From IMG/VR virus record IMGVR_UViG_2880395615_000010: DNA of 64,000 nt; one strand, written 5' to 3'. Shown here piece by piece: positions 49,902-61,457 of the stretch (its first letter is position 1; each line of letters starts with the position of its first letter). The notes beneath the pieces were generated by a model. It saw nothing but the letters and a program-made list of their open reading frames with translations. It had not been told where the DNA came from and did not search any database. A program made the position numbers and the translations under genes. The DNA comes from a virus (Duplodnaviria; Heunggongvirae; Uroviricota; Caudoviricetes).

Positions 49902-50501
49902 TCAGAACTTATAACCGACACCCACGATGAAACCGTCAGTGCGCCAGTCGCCACTGCCGGAGCCTTCATAAGCGACATCAACGGCCACTGATTCGGTCGG
50001 GTTAAACTGCACGCCAGCCCCCCACGCCAGAGATGTGTTGCTGTAGCGAGCGTCATCACTTCCGGTCAGCACGTCGTGCGTTTTCCTCTTGTTGTCAGTT
50101 ACGCGAAGATAATCCCCGGAGAAAGTCGACACACGGCTGTAAGCCATACCCGCCATCGCATACGCGCTGAACCATTCATTCACGCGCACAGACGGCCCCG
50201 CCATCACGCTGAACCAGCGGTTACGCACGGAATCTTCATGCCAGCGGATATCGCTGTAACGGGTCAGCTGGCGATTCTTGTCTCCTGCATAGCTGAATGA
50301 CGTCACCAGCCCCAGTGTGTCCGTAAACTCATAACGGTATTTCACGTTAATCCCGTTCAGATCATCGCTGCCGGGAACGTTCGTCGAGGCATGAAGATAC
50401 CCCGCGCTCAGCGTGGACTGATGTTCAGATGCCCATGCAGGCGCACCGGATACAGCCAGACAAATGGCTGCGGAAAAAATGGCGGCATAAAGTTTACGCA
50501 T
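49902..50501 (-). CDS. lom: Lom-family outer membrane protein (copy B)
   Basis: Near-identical to the copy A lom. Confidence 0.85.
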   Translation of the reverse strand: MRKLYAAIFSAAICLAVSGAPAWASEHQSTLSAGYLHASTNVPGSDDLNGINVKYRYEFTDTLGLVTSFSYAGDKNRQLTRYSDIRWHEDSVRNRWFSVMAGPSVRVNEWFSAYAMAGMAYSRVSTFSGDYLRVTDNKRKTHDVLTGSDDARYSNTSLAWGAGVQFNPTESVAVDVAYEGSGSGDWRTDGFIVGVGYKF

Positions 50502-50568
50502 AATTACCTCTCGCTTTTCTGCAATAAAAAAGGCGCCATTTCTGGCGCCCGTATATGGGTTATAAAAT

Positions 50569-53500
50569 TCAGCTGATACTGATGCCTGCTGTGGATTTTT
50601 TCATCACCACAACCAGCAGATCGCTGATACTTGCTGTGGGATACCAGTTATTTACCAGCCATGCTGACACCGAAAACTCCAGCGTCATGTGACCGTGACC
50701 GGCAGGCATATCAATAACGCCACTGTAAATCAGCGTATTATCCAGCGCGGTACGGTTATAAATTTCAGCACCGTTTTTCCGCACTATCAGACGGCATGAG
50801 GAGTAAATATCAGTATGCTCTCTCTCATGTTTAGCGCCGCTGAATGCCACCGCCGGAATAACAATTTGCCGGTCAAACGGCTGATCGTCATAAACCCTGA
50901 CGGTAATGGTCCCTGATGGCCACCGCTCCGGTGCACGGGAATCCCGGGGGAAAGCTTTGCCCACTGTTTTAACGAGATCGCCTTCAATCTGGTTCGCGGA
51001 CAGTTTTCCCAGAACCCGACAGTTCTCGTTAATCGTGACGTTGTTGAGCGTCCCGGAATTCGCATTCACGTTACCGCTGATATCAGCATTTCTTGCGGTC
51101 AGACTGCCCTCCGGCGTCAGGGAAAACGTCGGGGGATTGCCGGACGAGGTGATACTCACCGCAAACAGCCGCTTCAGGAACACATCGTTCATGAACAACT
51201 GATTCCCCTGCGCCACAAATAACGGCGTGGTGTTGCCGTCCTCCGGGTTAATCATCGCAATACGGTCAGCCAGCAGCAGTATGTTGCTCAGGGGCTGGCC
51301 ATCAGTATCCTCAATCCCCGCTCCAATACCGGCAACATAGGGAATGCCGTCTTTCGTTTTTTGAACCTTCAGCATGTACAGCGCAGCCAGGTCATCATTT
51401 GTGTCCTTCTGCACGCGCTGTATCTGCTGTATGGTGGCGCTCTGGTCTTCCAGCGTTTTACTGACCGTCTGTGTGATTTCATTGCGGGTTTCGGTGATGG
51501 TGGTCTTCATCTCCGCCATCTCATCCGCAAGCTGGCTGTTGTCTATCAGCTCCCACAGCCCCTGAGCCAGATGCAGTTTTCCTATTTTTTCCCGGAAAAA
51601 TTCCAGATACCCTTCACCATCATTGCTGGGCTGCCCGCTGATTTCCACAAACGCAGATTTCCCCACCAGGTTGACGCTGCGCACGTAAAACCAGAAATCC
51701 TTCCCGGGCTTAATGTGCGGGCCGGATACACTCCACTGACTGCCGGTCCCCAGATAACGGGCAGAGGTTTCCACCTGAGATATGTCTGCGATTTTTGTCT
51801 CCGAAAACCAGAACTCAAACTGTACCGTCGGGTCATACACCGCAAGACGCGGGACCGCTGTTATCTGAAAATAGCCCGGTGTCAGCTCAATCTGTGACGG
51901 CGCTGCCGGTGCGGCAATCCGGAACGATACCGACGCCGGATCGCCCTGCTGCCCCCACGCATTTACCGCCCGGACTGTCAGCCTGTAGTTCCCCGGCGCC
52001 AGTTGCGTGAAGCGGTATGTGGTTTCCGTCGTCCGGGCCGTGCTGACCAGCCGCTCACTGCCGTCATCCGCGACCACGGTCAGGCGAAGCATAAAGCTCA
52101 CGCCCTTCACCACCTTCGGCGTGTCCCATTTCGCCTGTGCCAGATACTGACCGTCAGCCGCGCTCACCTCCACCGTCAGGTGCTGCACTGCCGGTGGAAT
52201 AACGCTGTTCAGGGTGCCTGACTGCGGCTCAAAGCTGGCCCCGTTATCCACGATGGCTTCTTTTTCCGGTACGTGCTGCACCGCCGTGATGGCAAAGGTG
52301 CCGTCCGTGTTTTCCCGGATGGAGACACAGCGGAACAGGCGACGACGCAGTGACGGCAGGGAGAGTCCCCATACACCGTATGTCTCCACACCATCAGGCA
52401 GGGTGCTGACCTGTATCCGGTCCGGCGCGGGGTGTGCAGTGATGGCCACGCTCACCGGCTTACCGCTGCCGTTAATCAGGTTCACCGTGGCGGCACCTGT
52501 CTCCGGCAGGGTCACCTCACGGTCCAGTGTCAGGGTGCGGCTGGCGGCATCGATGGACAGGATACGTCCGCCGGTCATGGTCCCGGCATAGTCGTTATCA
52601 CAGATTTCAATAATGTCACCGGGTGTGTGACGCAGCCCCTGTGACCCGAGCGTGAAATCCACCGTCTGCGTTTCCAGCAGTCCGGTCTTTATCACCCACA
52701 GCCCGGCACGGTGGGCCTGACCGCGACTGGTGCAACCGAACGCATCCATCTTCAGCAGGTTGCGCCCGTAGCGCAGTATGGCTTCCGGGTCTTCCACCAG
52801 TTCCGTGGAGGTCTGCCAGCCGTTCTGCGGGTCGGTGTAATTCACCTCCACCGCCGTGTGGCGGTCCTTCAGGGCGCTGAAGCTGTAGCGAAACCCCACG
52901 CCGTTATCATCCACCACCACATCGCAGTTGGTGTACGGCCACACCACATCCGACGGGCGGTCCTGAACGAACGTCAGCGTCTGGCCGTTCCATACCGGCA
53001 TACAGCGCATCGCCGAGCAGAAATCACTGAGCACATCCCATGCCTTACGCTGTTGTGACAGGTACGCATTAAAGGTCATCCGCGGCTCGGTCCCCCCGAA
53101 ACCATCCGGCACCGTCTGGTCGCAGTACTGCGCAATGGCATACAGCGCCCATTTGTCCACGTCTGCCGCCCCCAGACGTTTTCCCATGCCGTAGCGCTGG
53201 TGAGTCAGCATGTCCCACAGGCACCAGGCCGGGTTATTGCTGTATGCCGGTTTCAGGCTGCCGTCCCAGATACCGCTGTAAGTGCGTTTTTCCGGGTCAT
53301 AGTTTGACGGTACCTGAATGATGCGACCGCGGATATGGTAGTTCACCGTCATCTGCTGGCCACCAAACTGCTCCGCATCCACCTGCAGCCCCACAATCGC
53401 CGTGTTCGGGTAGCACTGTTTCACATCGATGATTTCGGTGTATGACGACCAGAGCGTCTTATTCTGCAGCTGGTCCGGGGTGCTGTCCGCTGTCTCCCGG

Positions 53501-54045
53501 ACCATCCGGATGTTAAAGGGCCGGGGAGGCAGATTATCCAGAATCACCGACGCCAGGTACTGTGAGGTGGTCTTGCCGTTAATGGTGACATCCTTTTCCG
53601 TCACCCAGTTACCGTTACGCTGCAACTGAATCAGCAGTCGGACAGAAGAGGGATTACGGTCGCCCTTTGAGGTGGTCTCCAACAGTGACTGCACCCCGAA
53701 GGTGACCCGCAGGCGGTCAATGTTCGCGGATGTAATGGTGCGCGTCACCGGCTTTGCCTTCGTCACTTCCACGCCCAGTGCGGTTTCAGCTCCGGAGGAC
53801 TCAAAGCCTTCAGGTGGTGTCTGCTCCTGCTCCCCGGCGCGCCAGACCGCTGTCACACCATGTATCACAGGATTACCGTCCGTGTCCGTCAGCGGGGTTT
53901 TGTTCACCAGGATACTCTGCAACCCCTTCACCGGACCTTCAATCGGCCCTTCACCAATGGCATCAATCACGCTCATCATCTGCGTGGACTTAAGATTGTC
54001 CTTTGCCTCAACCGGCGTGTGCGCCCTGCCTCCACCTTTACCCAT
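50569..54045 (-). CDS. J: Tail tip host-specificity protein J (copy B), 1158 aa
   Basis: Co-linear with copy A J but the last about 130 aa differ. Confidence 0.9.
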   Translation of the reverse strand: MGKGGGRAHTPVEAKDNLKSTQMMSVIDAIGEGPIEGPVKGLQSILVNKTPLTDTDGNPVIHGVTAVWRAGEQEQTPPEGFESSGAETALGVEVTKAKPVTRTITSANIDRLRVTFGVQSLLETTSKGDRNPSSVRLLIQLQRNGNWVTEKDVTINGKTTSQYLASVILDNLPPRPFNIRMVRETADSTPDQLQNKTLWSSYTEIIDVKQCYPNTAIVGLQVDAEQFGGQQMTVNYHIRGRIIQVPSNYDPEKRTYSGIWDGSLKPAYSNNPAWCLWDMLTHQRYGMGKRLGAADVDKWALYAIAQYCDQTVPDGFGGTEPRMTFNAYLSQQRKAWDVLSDFCSAMRCMPVWNGQTLTFVQDRPSDVVWPYTNCDVVVDDNGVGFRYSFSALKDRHTAVEVNYTDPQNGWQTSTELVEDPEAILRYGRNLLKMDAFGCTSRGQAHRAGLWVIKTGLLETQTVDFTLGSQGLRHTPGDIIEICDNDYAGTMTGGRILSIDAASRTLTLDREVTLPETGAATVNLINGSGKPVSVAITAHPAPDRIQVSTLPDGVETYGVWGLSLPSLRRRLFRCVSIRENTDGTFAITAVQHVPEKEAIVDNGASFEPQSGTLNSVIPPAVQHLTVEVSAADGQYLAQAKWDTPKVVKGVSFMLRLTVVADDGSERLVSTARTTETTYRFTQLAPGNYRLTVRAVNAWGQQGDPASVSFRIAAPAAPSQIELTPGYFQITAVPRLAVYDPTVQFEFWFSETKIADISQVETSARYLGTGSQWSVSGPHIKPGKDFWFYVRSVNLVGKSAFVEISGQPSNDGEGYLEFFREKIGKLHLAQGLWELIDNSQLADEMAEMKTTITETRNEITQTVSKTLEDQSATIQQIQRVQKDTNDDLAALYMLKVQKTKDGIPYVAGIGAGIEDTDGQPLSNILLLADRIAMINPEDGNTTPLFVAQGNQLFMNDVFLKRLFAVSITSSGNPPTFSLTPEGSLTARNADISGNVNANSGTLNNVTINENCRVLGKLSANQIEGDLVKTVGKAFPRDSRAPERWPSGTITVRVYDDQPFDRQIVIPAVAFSGAKHEREHTDIYSSCRLIVRKNGAEIYNRTALDNTLIYSGVIDMPAGHGHMTLEFSVSAWLVNNWYPTASISDLLVVVMKKSTAGISIS

Positions 54046-54178
54046 AATGTTCCTCTCAATTGGTATTATTAATCGCAGTGATAGGATATTGCACAGCTAT
54101 TGCGCGATATCATCAGAACGCTGTTTGTTACCCTGTAACCAGCAAGCTCAGTCTGTTAACGGAATTAATGAGGGTTTT

Positions 54179-54706
54179 ATGAAATGTAAAATCATTGCTG
54201 CCATTGCCATGCTGACAGCAGCATCATGCGGATACGCAGCAGAACAGGAAGTCCCAATGAACCTTGTCAGTGCTGACGGAAAAGAAGTCAGCATTGGAAA
54301 AATAACCATTCAGGAGACCCCCTACGGTCTGCTGTTCACACCAGCCCTTCACTCTCTGTCTGAAGGCATTCATGGTTTTCATGTGCACGAAAAAGGAAAT
54401 TGCGCCCCGGCACTGAAAGACGGAAAACCGGTCGCAGCATTATCGGCTGGCGGTCACTTTGACCCGAAAAACACCGGCAAACATCTTGGCCCCTGGTCTC
54501 CGGATGGACACCTGGGCGACCTCCCTGCGCTGTTCGTGACGCATGACGGAAAAGCGAACTACCCGGTCCTGGCCCCGAGACTGAACTCATTAAAAGAGAT
54601 TAAAGGGCGTTCTCTCATGCTTCATGCTGGCGGTGATAACCATCATGACCATCCGGAGCCCCTGGGCGGTGGTGGTGCGAGAATGGCCTGCGGCATCATT
54701 CAATAA
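54179..54706 (+). CDS. sodC: Periplasmic Cu,Zn superoxide dismutase SodC, 175 aa
   Basis: Signal peptide then [11 protein letters not shown]...GGHFDP...GDLP...[12 protein letters not shown] motifs; SD GAGGG; only in copy B. Confidence 0.85.
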   Translation: MKCKIIAAIAMLTAASCGYAAEQEVPMNLVSADGKEVSIGKITIQETPYGLLFTPALHSLSEGIHGFHVHEKGNCAPALKDGKPVAALSAGGHFDPKNTGKHLGPWSPDGHLGDLPALFVTHDGKANYPVLAPRLNSLKEIKGRSLMLHAGGDNHHDHPEPLGGGGARMACGIIQ

Positions 54707-54713
54707 TCAGTCA

Positions 54714-54742
54714 GGTAAGGGGCGGGCCCCTTACCTTTATTC
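54714..54742 (+). terminator. Intrinsic terminator after sodC
   Basis: ggtaaggggcgggccccttacc followed by tttatt. Confidence 0.55.
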
Positions 54743-54896
54743 CTCAGGACGATAAATCCTTTCTCCCTGAAAAGAACGGCACATCCTCCCTCTCTGAGTT
54801 AATGTTTTTGTCGTGACATAAGAATAATTCCTTACACTCAATCTTCGTAACGCTCCCGCAGTTCCTGTCCGTGAGCACTGCGGGATTTTTTCGCTT

Positions 54897-55577
54897 TTAT
54901 GCCTGCCGCCCGATAACCACCACCTTCCCGCCCCCGCCTTCATCACGGGTGCTGATGTCCTGGGAGATTCGCCGGGAGCCAACCAGCATTTCACCGTAAG
55001 GCACCGGCATCGGGTTCCCCTGGGCAATCATGTTATCCAGCGACGAAAAGTACGTGTTCTGTTTACCGTTATCCGTTGCCCTGTATTCCGGTGTTTTTGG
55101 CTTCGGGGCAAGCATCTGAGCCACACCACCCAGTATCATGCTGGCACCCAGTGAAAACAGCATCGTGGTGGCAGAAAAACCGCCGGCACTCAGCGCTGCA
55201 CCCCAGGCTGCCATCGATGCTCCGGCCGTGAAGAAAGAGCCCACGATGGCTGCCGCCCCCAGCACAATCTGCAGTCCACCCTTTCCGGCCCCGGCCAGTC
55301 GCGGCACAATATGGATGACCGCCCCCTCACCCAGCTGTTCGTGAAGACGGGCGTACACCGCCTCCGGTGCCGTGTCCTCACCGCGAATACGTATCTGGTA
55401 CCAGCCTTCGTTCATCTGACGGCGGAATCCCGGCATCTGCATCGACAGGGCACGGATGGCTTCCGCTGCCGTGTTCACATACAGGCTGAGGCGGCGGCCA
55501 AATCGTTGCAAATCCCCGTGAAGGCAGATGCGTGCCAGTGGCGGTGACGCCAGAGGGAGTGTGTGCGTCGCTGCCAT
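54897..55577 (-). CDS. I: Tail assembly protein I (copy B)
   Basis: Homologous to 8844-9515. Confidence 0.8.
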   Translation of the reverse strand: MAATHTLPLASPPLARICLHGDLQRFGRRLSLYVNTAAEAIRALSMQMPGFRRQMNEGWYQIRIRGEDTAPEAVYARLHEQLGEGAVIHIVPRLAGAGKGGLQIVLGAAAIVGSFFTAGASMAAWGAALSAGGFSATTMLFSLGASMILGGVAQMLAPKPKTPEYRATDNGKQNTYFSSLDNMIAQGNPMPVPYGEMLVGSRRISQDISTRDEGGGGKVVVIGRQA

Positions 55578-56218
55578 TTATCGGTATACCTCTCTCGTTT
55601 GCTCAGTTGTTCAGGAATATGGTGCAGCAGCTCGCCGTCACCACAGTAAATGGCGGCATGATTCGGCACCGATGAACCAAAACAGCACAGCAGCACATCG
55701 CCCGGTTGTGCTGATGACAACGGCACCTGATACAGCCCTGTGGCCTCCAGATTATCCAGATAGAGATTCTGACCGTGACGCCACCAGTCATCCCCGCGAT
55801 GAAAATCCGGCATCTCAATCCCCGCCAGATGATAAGCATCCCGGAACAGCGTGTAACAGTCCGTCACCCCGTGCTCAAAGCGCCGTCCTGTCAGATGTGG
55901 CACACAGCGGAATTTATGAATTTCCCCCCGGCAGACCAGCCACCAGAACAGTGCACTTTTTATCTGCAGCCGCCGGTCGGCCTCGCTCAGCCAGGGCAGA
56001 CCACCGGGATGACTGTGGACCAGTGCCACAATCTCCCCCTGCATCTCTGCCCGCAGCCAGTCTTCCGGTGCGATACGAAAATACGCCTCCGGCTCTGCAG
56101 AGATATTCACACAAGGGATATACCGTTCCCCCTCCGGCGTGCTTATCACGAAGCCGCACGACTCCGCAGGCGCACACCGCCGGGCATGCGCCAGAATCGC
56201 TGATTCAGTCTGTGTCAT
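55475..56218 (-). CDS. K: Tail assembly protein K (copy B)
   Basis: Start at MTQTESAILAHARRC as in copy A; the ORF-track N-terminal extension is probably not translated. Confidence 0.75.
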   Translation of the reverse strand: MTQTESAILAHARRCAPAESCGFVISTPEGERYIPCVNISAEPEAYFRIAPEDWLRAEMQGEIVALVHSHPGGLPWLSEADRRLQIKSALFWWLVCRGEIHKFRCVPHLTGRRFEHGVTDCYTLFRDAYHLAGIEMPDFHRGDDWWRHGQNLYLDNLEATGLYQVPLSSAQPGDVLLCCFGSSVPNHAAIYCGDGELLHHIPEQLSKRERYTDKWQRRTHSLWRHRHWHASAFTGICNDLAAASACM

Positions 56219-56228
56219 AAAACAGGAT

Positions 56229-56927
56229 TTACTGCGAAAGTTTATTGATGGAAAGGAAACCGCCAAAATTGACCGCCATGCCGCGCATCTCACACCCGCG
56301 CATGCATTTACTGCATCTGTCCTTCCGGATATCCGTGGTGGGGTTGTCGAACTCATCCGCCACTGCCGGACCGTTATACCCGCATTCATCGCCCCGGTAA
56401 TCCCACATACAGGTGTTCGCCAGCATGATGCGACCGGGAAACAGCGCCCCGTCCGTCTCCGTCGGTGTCGCCAGCACAAACGAGGCCGTCATGGCCGTCA
56501 GCGATGACATCTGCTCCACCACCCACCGGTCCGTCAGCTCCTGCTCAGGGTCTGCCTCAGGATTGCCTGCCACAAAATTCACCGCATCCAGAAAACGGGC
56601 ATACACCCGGCGGCGGACCACCGTGGCCCCCACCAGGCTCTGCAAATCCTCCGCCATCCCGGTGACAAGGCCGAAAAGATTGGACACCGTCAGCGACGGG
56701 CGGGCACTGCTGCCCTTTCCGTTCATCTCAAAGCCGCTGCCCTCAATCGGGTACGCCTGATATTCACGCCCCTGCCAGGTCACCGCCTCCCCTTTTTCAT
56801 TCAGCTCATTGCAGAAAAAATACCGCTCACCACCCTGTACCGTCAGGTCGATTTCCCAGAGTACCACCCGCGGTGACTGCTCTGATTTAACCGACTCGTT
56901 CAGACTTTCTTCGTGAATATCCTGCAT
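56229..56927 (-). CDS. L: Minor tail protein L (copy B)
   Basis: Homologous to copy A. Confidence 0.85.
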   Translation of the reverse strand: MQDIHEESLNESVKSEQSPRVVLWEIDLTVQGGERYFFCNELNEKGEAVTWQGREYQAYPIEGSGFEMNGKGSSARPSLTVSNLFGLVTGMAEDLQSLVGATVVRRRVYARFLDAVNFVAGNPEADPEQELTDRWVVEQMSSLTAMTASFVLATPTETDGALFPGRIMLANTCMWDYRGDECGYNGPAVADEFDNPTTDIRKDRCSKCMRGCEMRGMAVNFGGFLSINKLSQ

Positions 56928-57256
56928 CAGTTCACCACCTGCTTAAACTCGGCACTGAATTCAACCCGCAGCATGCGAACCCGTGATGACCAGGCGGCAC
57001 AGGTCACCTTTATCTGCCGCCAGGCATAAGGCGGTGTCCACAGAAACGCCTTCCAGCCACCGTGCTCTGCCAGGAATGCCTCCAGATGTCGGGCCTCCTC
57101 CCGGGTCACGGAAAGCGTCACACGGTATGTTTTCAGGTCAGCATTCAGCCCCGCCGCCATACGCTGCGAATACCCGTCACCAAAACGCACTTCACGCACC
57201 GATGGCTGCGAGTTCACCTCCATATCCGGCTTCACTTTCCAGCGAAATGTTTTCAT
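56927..57256 (-). CDS. M: Minor tail protein M (copy B)
   Basis: Homologous to copy A. Confidence 0.85.
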   Translation of the reverse strand: MKTFRWKVKPDMEVNSQPSVREVRFGDGYSQRMAAGLNADLKTYRVTLSVTREEARHLEAFLAEHGGWKAFLWTPPYAWRQIKVTCAAWSSRVRMLRVEFSAEFKQVVN

Positions 57257-59832
57257 CGCCTGCCTCCGGAAAAGACGCCGCCATCACGCATCTGCGCCTG
57301 AATCTCATCCTGCGCCCCCTTGCGGGCCATGTCATACACCGCCTTCATCAGCTGCGGCCCCGCCTGTCCGTTGGAGCCGTCGTTCTGAATCACCACGTGA
57401 TTGTTCTGATTAAAATTAATGCCTTCCGTCCGCCGCATCTGCGCCGGACTTCCGGCACCGCCCACATAACCACCTTCCGCATAGCCCCGCATCAGGCGGT
57501 ACAGGTTGCCGACGCCAATCCGGCTGGTTGCCTCCTTCGTGAAGACAAACTCCCCGCGATGAACAATCCCCGCAGGCTCATATTTGCCGCCCGTCCCCGT
57601 AAATCCCCCGGTCGCGAAATGGAAGTTCGCCGCCGCAGCCTGAATGGCCGTCCCCGTGGAGGCAGACGCCCCACCACCGAAAGCACCACCAATGGCGCTG
57701 CCGATACTCCCGACAATCCCCACCATTGCCTGCTTAAGCAGAATTTCTGTCATCATGGACAGCACGGAGCGGGTGAAGCTGCGCCAGTTCTGTTCACTGC
57801 CGGTCAGCATCACCGCCATATTCTGTGCAATACCGTCAAAGGTCTGCGTGGCCACGCTTTTAACCTGCGAAAAACTGTCCGTCGCACTTTCCGCCCACTC
57901 GCCCCAGCCGGACTTCAGCCCGGCCATCCAGCTTCCACGAAGCTGCTCCTCCGCAGACCAGGTGTTCTTCAGTGCCGATGTGGCCTTCGCCAGCGCAGCC
58001 GGATTATCACCGTACACGTCACGAAGGCGCTGCTCTTCCGACTCCCGCTGCGCCTGACGGTCGGTGAGGCCCCGCGCCTGGGCACTGATTGCCGCCTGCT
58101 TCGCACTCTGCTGCTGTTCAAACCGCGCCGCCTGCTGTGCCAGCTCATTCAGCCGTTTCTGGTGTTCAACTTTGTCTCCCAGCTCAGCCAGCTGGCGTTT
58201 GTACTCCAGCGTCTCTTTCTCATGGGTCAGCAGGGATTTTTCCTGCTCAGATAACTGCCGTTTCGTGGCTGCCTCTTTCAGGACCGCATACTGATTTTCC
58301 GCTTTCCATAAATCGCGACGCTGCTGGCTGATTTTCTCATTCGCACCGCTGTGTTTTTCCAGCGTCCGGAGCTCGGTTTCAAGCGCCAGCAGGGCAGCAT
58401 GCGCCTGGTCTTCCTGACGCTCACCGGCTGACACTTTGACTCCTGACGACTTCGGCTTTTTCAGCGTCGATTCATAATCCTTTTTCGCCGCCGCCATCAG
58501 CGTGTTGTAATCCGCCTGCAGGATTTTCCCGTCTTTCAGGGCCTTATTCAGTTCTTCCTGACGGGCGGTATATTTCTCCAGCGGCGTCAGCAGACGCTCA
58601 TACGCCTTCTGCGCCTCTCCGGTATACTTCAGCTGTGATGCGTCCCGTTCGGCCCGGTCCCTGGCGGCCAGTTCACCGGCTTTTTCCATATCCGACTGCA
58701 GCGTGGCCGCTGCCAGCCCCAGACGGGCATTTTCCCGGTCATTCCATGCGCCCTGAAGGTTGGCCCGGAAAGAGGCGGTTTTTCCCCGGCGCTGGCTCCG
58801 GCTCTGGTACCACTGCCATTTTTTATCTGCCTCATCAAATGCCTTCTGTGCACTGGCGAGCATATCCGCTGAGGACTCAGGACGACCGATATCCAGAATG
58901 GCATCCCACATCGATTTGAATGCCTTCCCTGTTTTATCCGCCCAGGTCTCCAGTGTTCCCATGTTTTCTTTCAGGCGACGGGTCTGCTCATCAAAGCCTT
59001 TCGTGGCGATATCGTTCGCCGCCTGCAATGCCCCGGCCTCGTCTCCGGAACGCTGCAGCTGTGCAACATACGCAATCTGCTCTGCCGTCACGTTACGGAA
59101 CTGGCGCGCCATCGCCATCAGTCCCGACGTCGGGTCGGTGGTCAGTTTTCCGAAAGCCTCTGCCACCTTGTCCACCTCCACACCGGATGCAGAAGCAAAA
59201 CGCGCGACACTCTGGTTGATGGCATCAAACTGTTCACCACCACGCACACCGGCATTCACCAGGGCTGCCAGTGACTCACTCGCCTGGTTAAACGTCAGCC
59301 CTGCGGCCTGTCCGGCTCTGGAGAGCGTCAGCATGCGATCGGCAGTCAGTCCGGACTGATTACCGGAAAGAACCAGGGTTTTATTAAACGCTGAAAGCGT
59401 GGAATCCCCCTGGTACCAGGCGTACGCCAGCGCACCTGTCGCCACCGCCAGCGAGGTGACCCCGACCATCGGCAGGGTGATCGCACCGGCAAGTCCCCTG
59501 AACATGGGGATCATCCCGCCGAAGGAGTCCTTCACCTGACCGCCCTGTTGCAGCAGGATCAGCCAGGGATTCTGACCACCGGCAAGCTGCGTGGCGATAT
59601 CCGTAAACTGTGCGGGCAGGGTTCGCATGGCCGCTTTATACTGCCCGACGGAAATCCCGGCTTTTTGTGCAGCCAGCGCCTGACGACTCAGGTTCTGCTC
59701 AACAACACCGGCGGTTTTTCTGGCGTCAGTCTCCAGTCCGGAAAAATGACGCCTTACCCGGCTCATCTGCTCATCGAAACGGACCGCATCCAGACTCAGG
59801 TCAATAACAAGATCACCAACCGGCTGGGACAT
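57253..59832 (-). CDS. H: Tail tape measure protein H (copy B), 859 aa
   Basis: Homologous to copy A. Confidence 0.9.
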   Translation of the reverse strand: MSQPVGDLVIDLSLDAVRFDEQMSRVRRHFSGLETDARKTAGVVEQNLSRQALAAQKAGISVGQYKAAMRTLPAQFTDIATQLAGGQNPWLILLQQGGQVKDSFGGMIPMFRGLAGAITLPMVGVTSLAVATGALAYAWYQGDSTLSAFNKTLVLSGNQSGLTADRMLTLSRAGQAAGLTFNQASESLAALVNAGVRGGEQFDAINQSVARFASASGVEVDKVAEAFGKLTTDPTSGLMAMARQFRNVTAEQIAYVAQLQRSGDEAGALQAANDIATKGFDEQTRRLKENMGTLETWADKTGKAFKSMWDAILDIGRPESSADMLASAQKAFDEADKKWQWYQSRSQRRGKTASFRANLQGAWNDRENARLGLAAATLQSDMEKAGELAARDRAERDASQLKYTGEAQKAYERLLTPLEKYTARQEELNKALKDGKILQADYNTLMAAAKKDYESTLKKPKSSGVKVSAGERQEDQAHAALLALETELRTLEKHSGANEKISQQRRDLWKAENQYAVLKEAATKRQLSEQEKSLLTHEKETLEYKRQLAELGDKVEHQKRLNELAQQAARFEQQQSAKQAAISAQARGLTDRQAQRESEEQRLRDVYGDNPAALAKATSALKNTWSAEEQLRGSWMAGLKSGWGEWAESATDSFSQVKSVATQTFDGIAQNMAVMLTGSEQNWRSFTRSVLSMMTEILLKQAMVGIVGSIGSAIGGAFGGGASASTGTAIQAAAANFHFATGGFTGTGGKYEPAGIVHRGEFVFTKEATSRIGVGNLYRLMRGYAEGGYVGGAGSPAQMRRTEGINFNQNNHVVIQNDGSNGQAGPQLMKAVYDMARKGAQDEIQAQMRDGGVFSGGRR

Positions 59833-60226
59833 ATCTCACACCTCCGGAAATCCCCGCTGAAGCCATCATTAATGCGACATCATCCTCGCTGACATCCGCC
59901 ACATCCGCAGACGATAAAATCTCACGCCCTCCGTCCCCACCAAACCGGACGCCTCCGGCAAGTCCTGCCGCTTTCTGCATCAGCATTTTTTCCTCATCCG
60001 GCATCTCCGTCTGCGCTTCCTCACGCCGGGGGGCAAGCAGACTGAAATCAGAGGGATGCATATCCGGATCGCAAAAAAACAGGCTGAGTACGGCGTACGT
60101 CAGCCCGGAAAAATGCATATCCAGTTGGGTATCGAGAAAATAATGCGTACGGTAAAAATGTCGCCAGTCGGCATATTCGGTGGATGTCATCCCGGCAAGC
60201 ATGGCGCGCCAGTCAGGCCTCCCCAT
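59813..60226 (-). CDS. T: Tail assembly chaperone T frame (copy B)
   Basis: Homologous to copy A; slippery ctttccc at 60271-60277. Confidence 0.7.
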   Translation of the reverse strand: MGRPDWRAMLAGMTSTEYADWRHFYRTHYFLDTQLDMHFSGLTYAVLSLFFCDPDMHPSDFSLLAPRREEAQTEMPDEEKMLMQKAAGLAGGVRFGGDGGREILSSADVADVSEDDVALMMASAGISGGVRYVPAGW

Positions 60227-60252
60227 CTCACGCGCCAGTCTGAGGGCAAAAT

Positions 60253-60684
60253 TCAGCTCGCCGTCGAAGACTTTCCCGCAGAAAAATCATCATCAGTCAG
60301 CGCGTTATTTTTCGCCACTTCGGTGCTGTCAGTATCCGCATGAACAGCCCCGCTCATCCCGGACAGACGCAACACCACATCTTCCGCCCGGGCAATGGCA
60401 TCCGCAGGCCAGGTGGTGAGCACCTCCTGTTCGATCTGCATCACAGCCTCATTCATTGACGGTGATGCCGTTTTCTGCGGATGGTTATGCCACAGGGACA
60501 TCGCCACCAGAAACGCGCCGGTTCTGACGAGATCTTCCACGCTTACCTGCAGGTTGCCGCTGGATTCTGCCTGTTCTGCACGCCGTTTCAGGAGGGCAAG
60601 ATGCTCAATACGCTGCAGCGCAGACAATTCGGAAAGCGTGACGGACACACCGTTATATTCAAATTGTTCTGTTTTCAGAAACAT
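60253..60684 (-). CDS. G: Tail assembly chaperone G (copy B)
   Basis: Homologous to copy A. Confidence 0.8.
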   Translation of the reverse strand: MFLKTEQFEYNGVSVTLSELSALQRIEHLALLKRRAEQAESSGNLQVSVEDLVRTGAFLVAMSLWHNHPQKTASPSMNEAVMQIEQEVLTTWPADAIARAEDVVLRLSGMSGAVHADTDSTEVAKNNALTDDDFSAGKSSTAS

Positions 60685-60697
60685 GTATTACCTCCGT

Positions 60698-61450
60698 TTA
60701 CCCTGCAGCGCCCGCTTCAGTAACGGTGACTTCAGCCACTGCGGCGAACTGACCATTTCCGCTCACCACAGGGATCTGCACCTTACCTGTCGCCACGCCG
60801 TTTACCGTAATTGTCATATCTTTCACACTAATGGTGGCTTTCGACGGATCGGCGGAAACCGCTCTGAACGTCTTGTCGGTTGCACTTTCCGGCTCAAAAG
60901 AAACCGTCAGGGTGGTTGTTTTCCCTTTTGCCACCGTACCGGATGTCGGCGTCACCTTAATCGCAGTGACCGGCGTAATTTTGCTGCGTTCTTCCGCCAC
61001 GGAAGGTTTGCCCACGTTGGTCACTTTCACCGTGCGGGTGATCACTTCTTTCGCCGTCACGGCCTTACCGATACTGCTGACCCAGCCACGAAACACATCC
61101 ACCGTGCCGTTCGGAAAACGGATTTTATAGGCCCGCACATCCCCGCTTTCAAACCAGCCTATAAGCCCTTTCTGACCTTCTTCTCCCGGTTTCCAGGCCA
61201 GCGTAAAACTGGTATCTCCTGCAGACTTCTGCCCCTGCCCGGTCGCGGTCCAGTCCGCGTCTTCATCATCCAGGTAGTTATCATCGTAGGGTTCTGCCGT
61301 CATCTCGCCCGGCGTCAGATCCTTCACCTTAGCCAGTCGCAGCCAGTCATCGTCTGACAACGGGTTTGCATAGGCGTCACCCTGACCGTTATAAACCCAC
61401 AGGGTGGTACCGGCACCTTTTACCGGCGCCAGGGGATTTGGTGTTGCCAT
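60698..61450 (-). CDS. V: Major tail protein V (copy B)
   Basis: Homologous to copy A. Confidence 0.85.
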   Translation of the reverse strand: MATPNPLAPVKGAGTTLWVYNGQGDAYANPLSDDDWLRLAKVKDLTPGEMTAEPYDDNYLDDEDADWTATGQGQKSAGDTSFTLAWKPGEEGQKGLIGWFESGDVRAYKIRFPNGTVDVFRGWVSSIGKAVTAKEVITRTVKVTNVGKPSVAEERSKITPVTAIKVTPTSGTVAKGKTTTLTVSFEPESATDKTFRAVSADPSKATISVKDMTITVNGVATGKVQIPVVSGNGQFAAVAEVTVTEAGAAG

Positions 61451-61457
61451 ATCGTCC

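Noticed and set aside
53672-54706. 344-aa plus-strand ORF
   Set aside because: Only the last 175 codons (sodC, from the ATG at 54179) are credible; the upstream part is antisense to J and lacks a start context.
54855-54892. Second hairpin with T-run after sodC as an additional terminator
   Set aside because: Stem has a long 14-nt loop and sits just beyond the I gene stop; redundant with the stronger terminator at 54714-54742.
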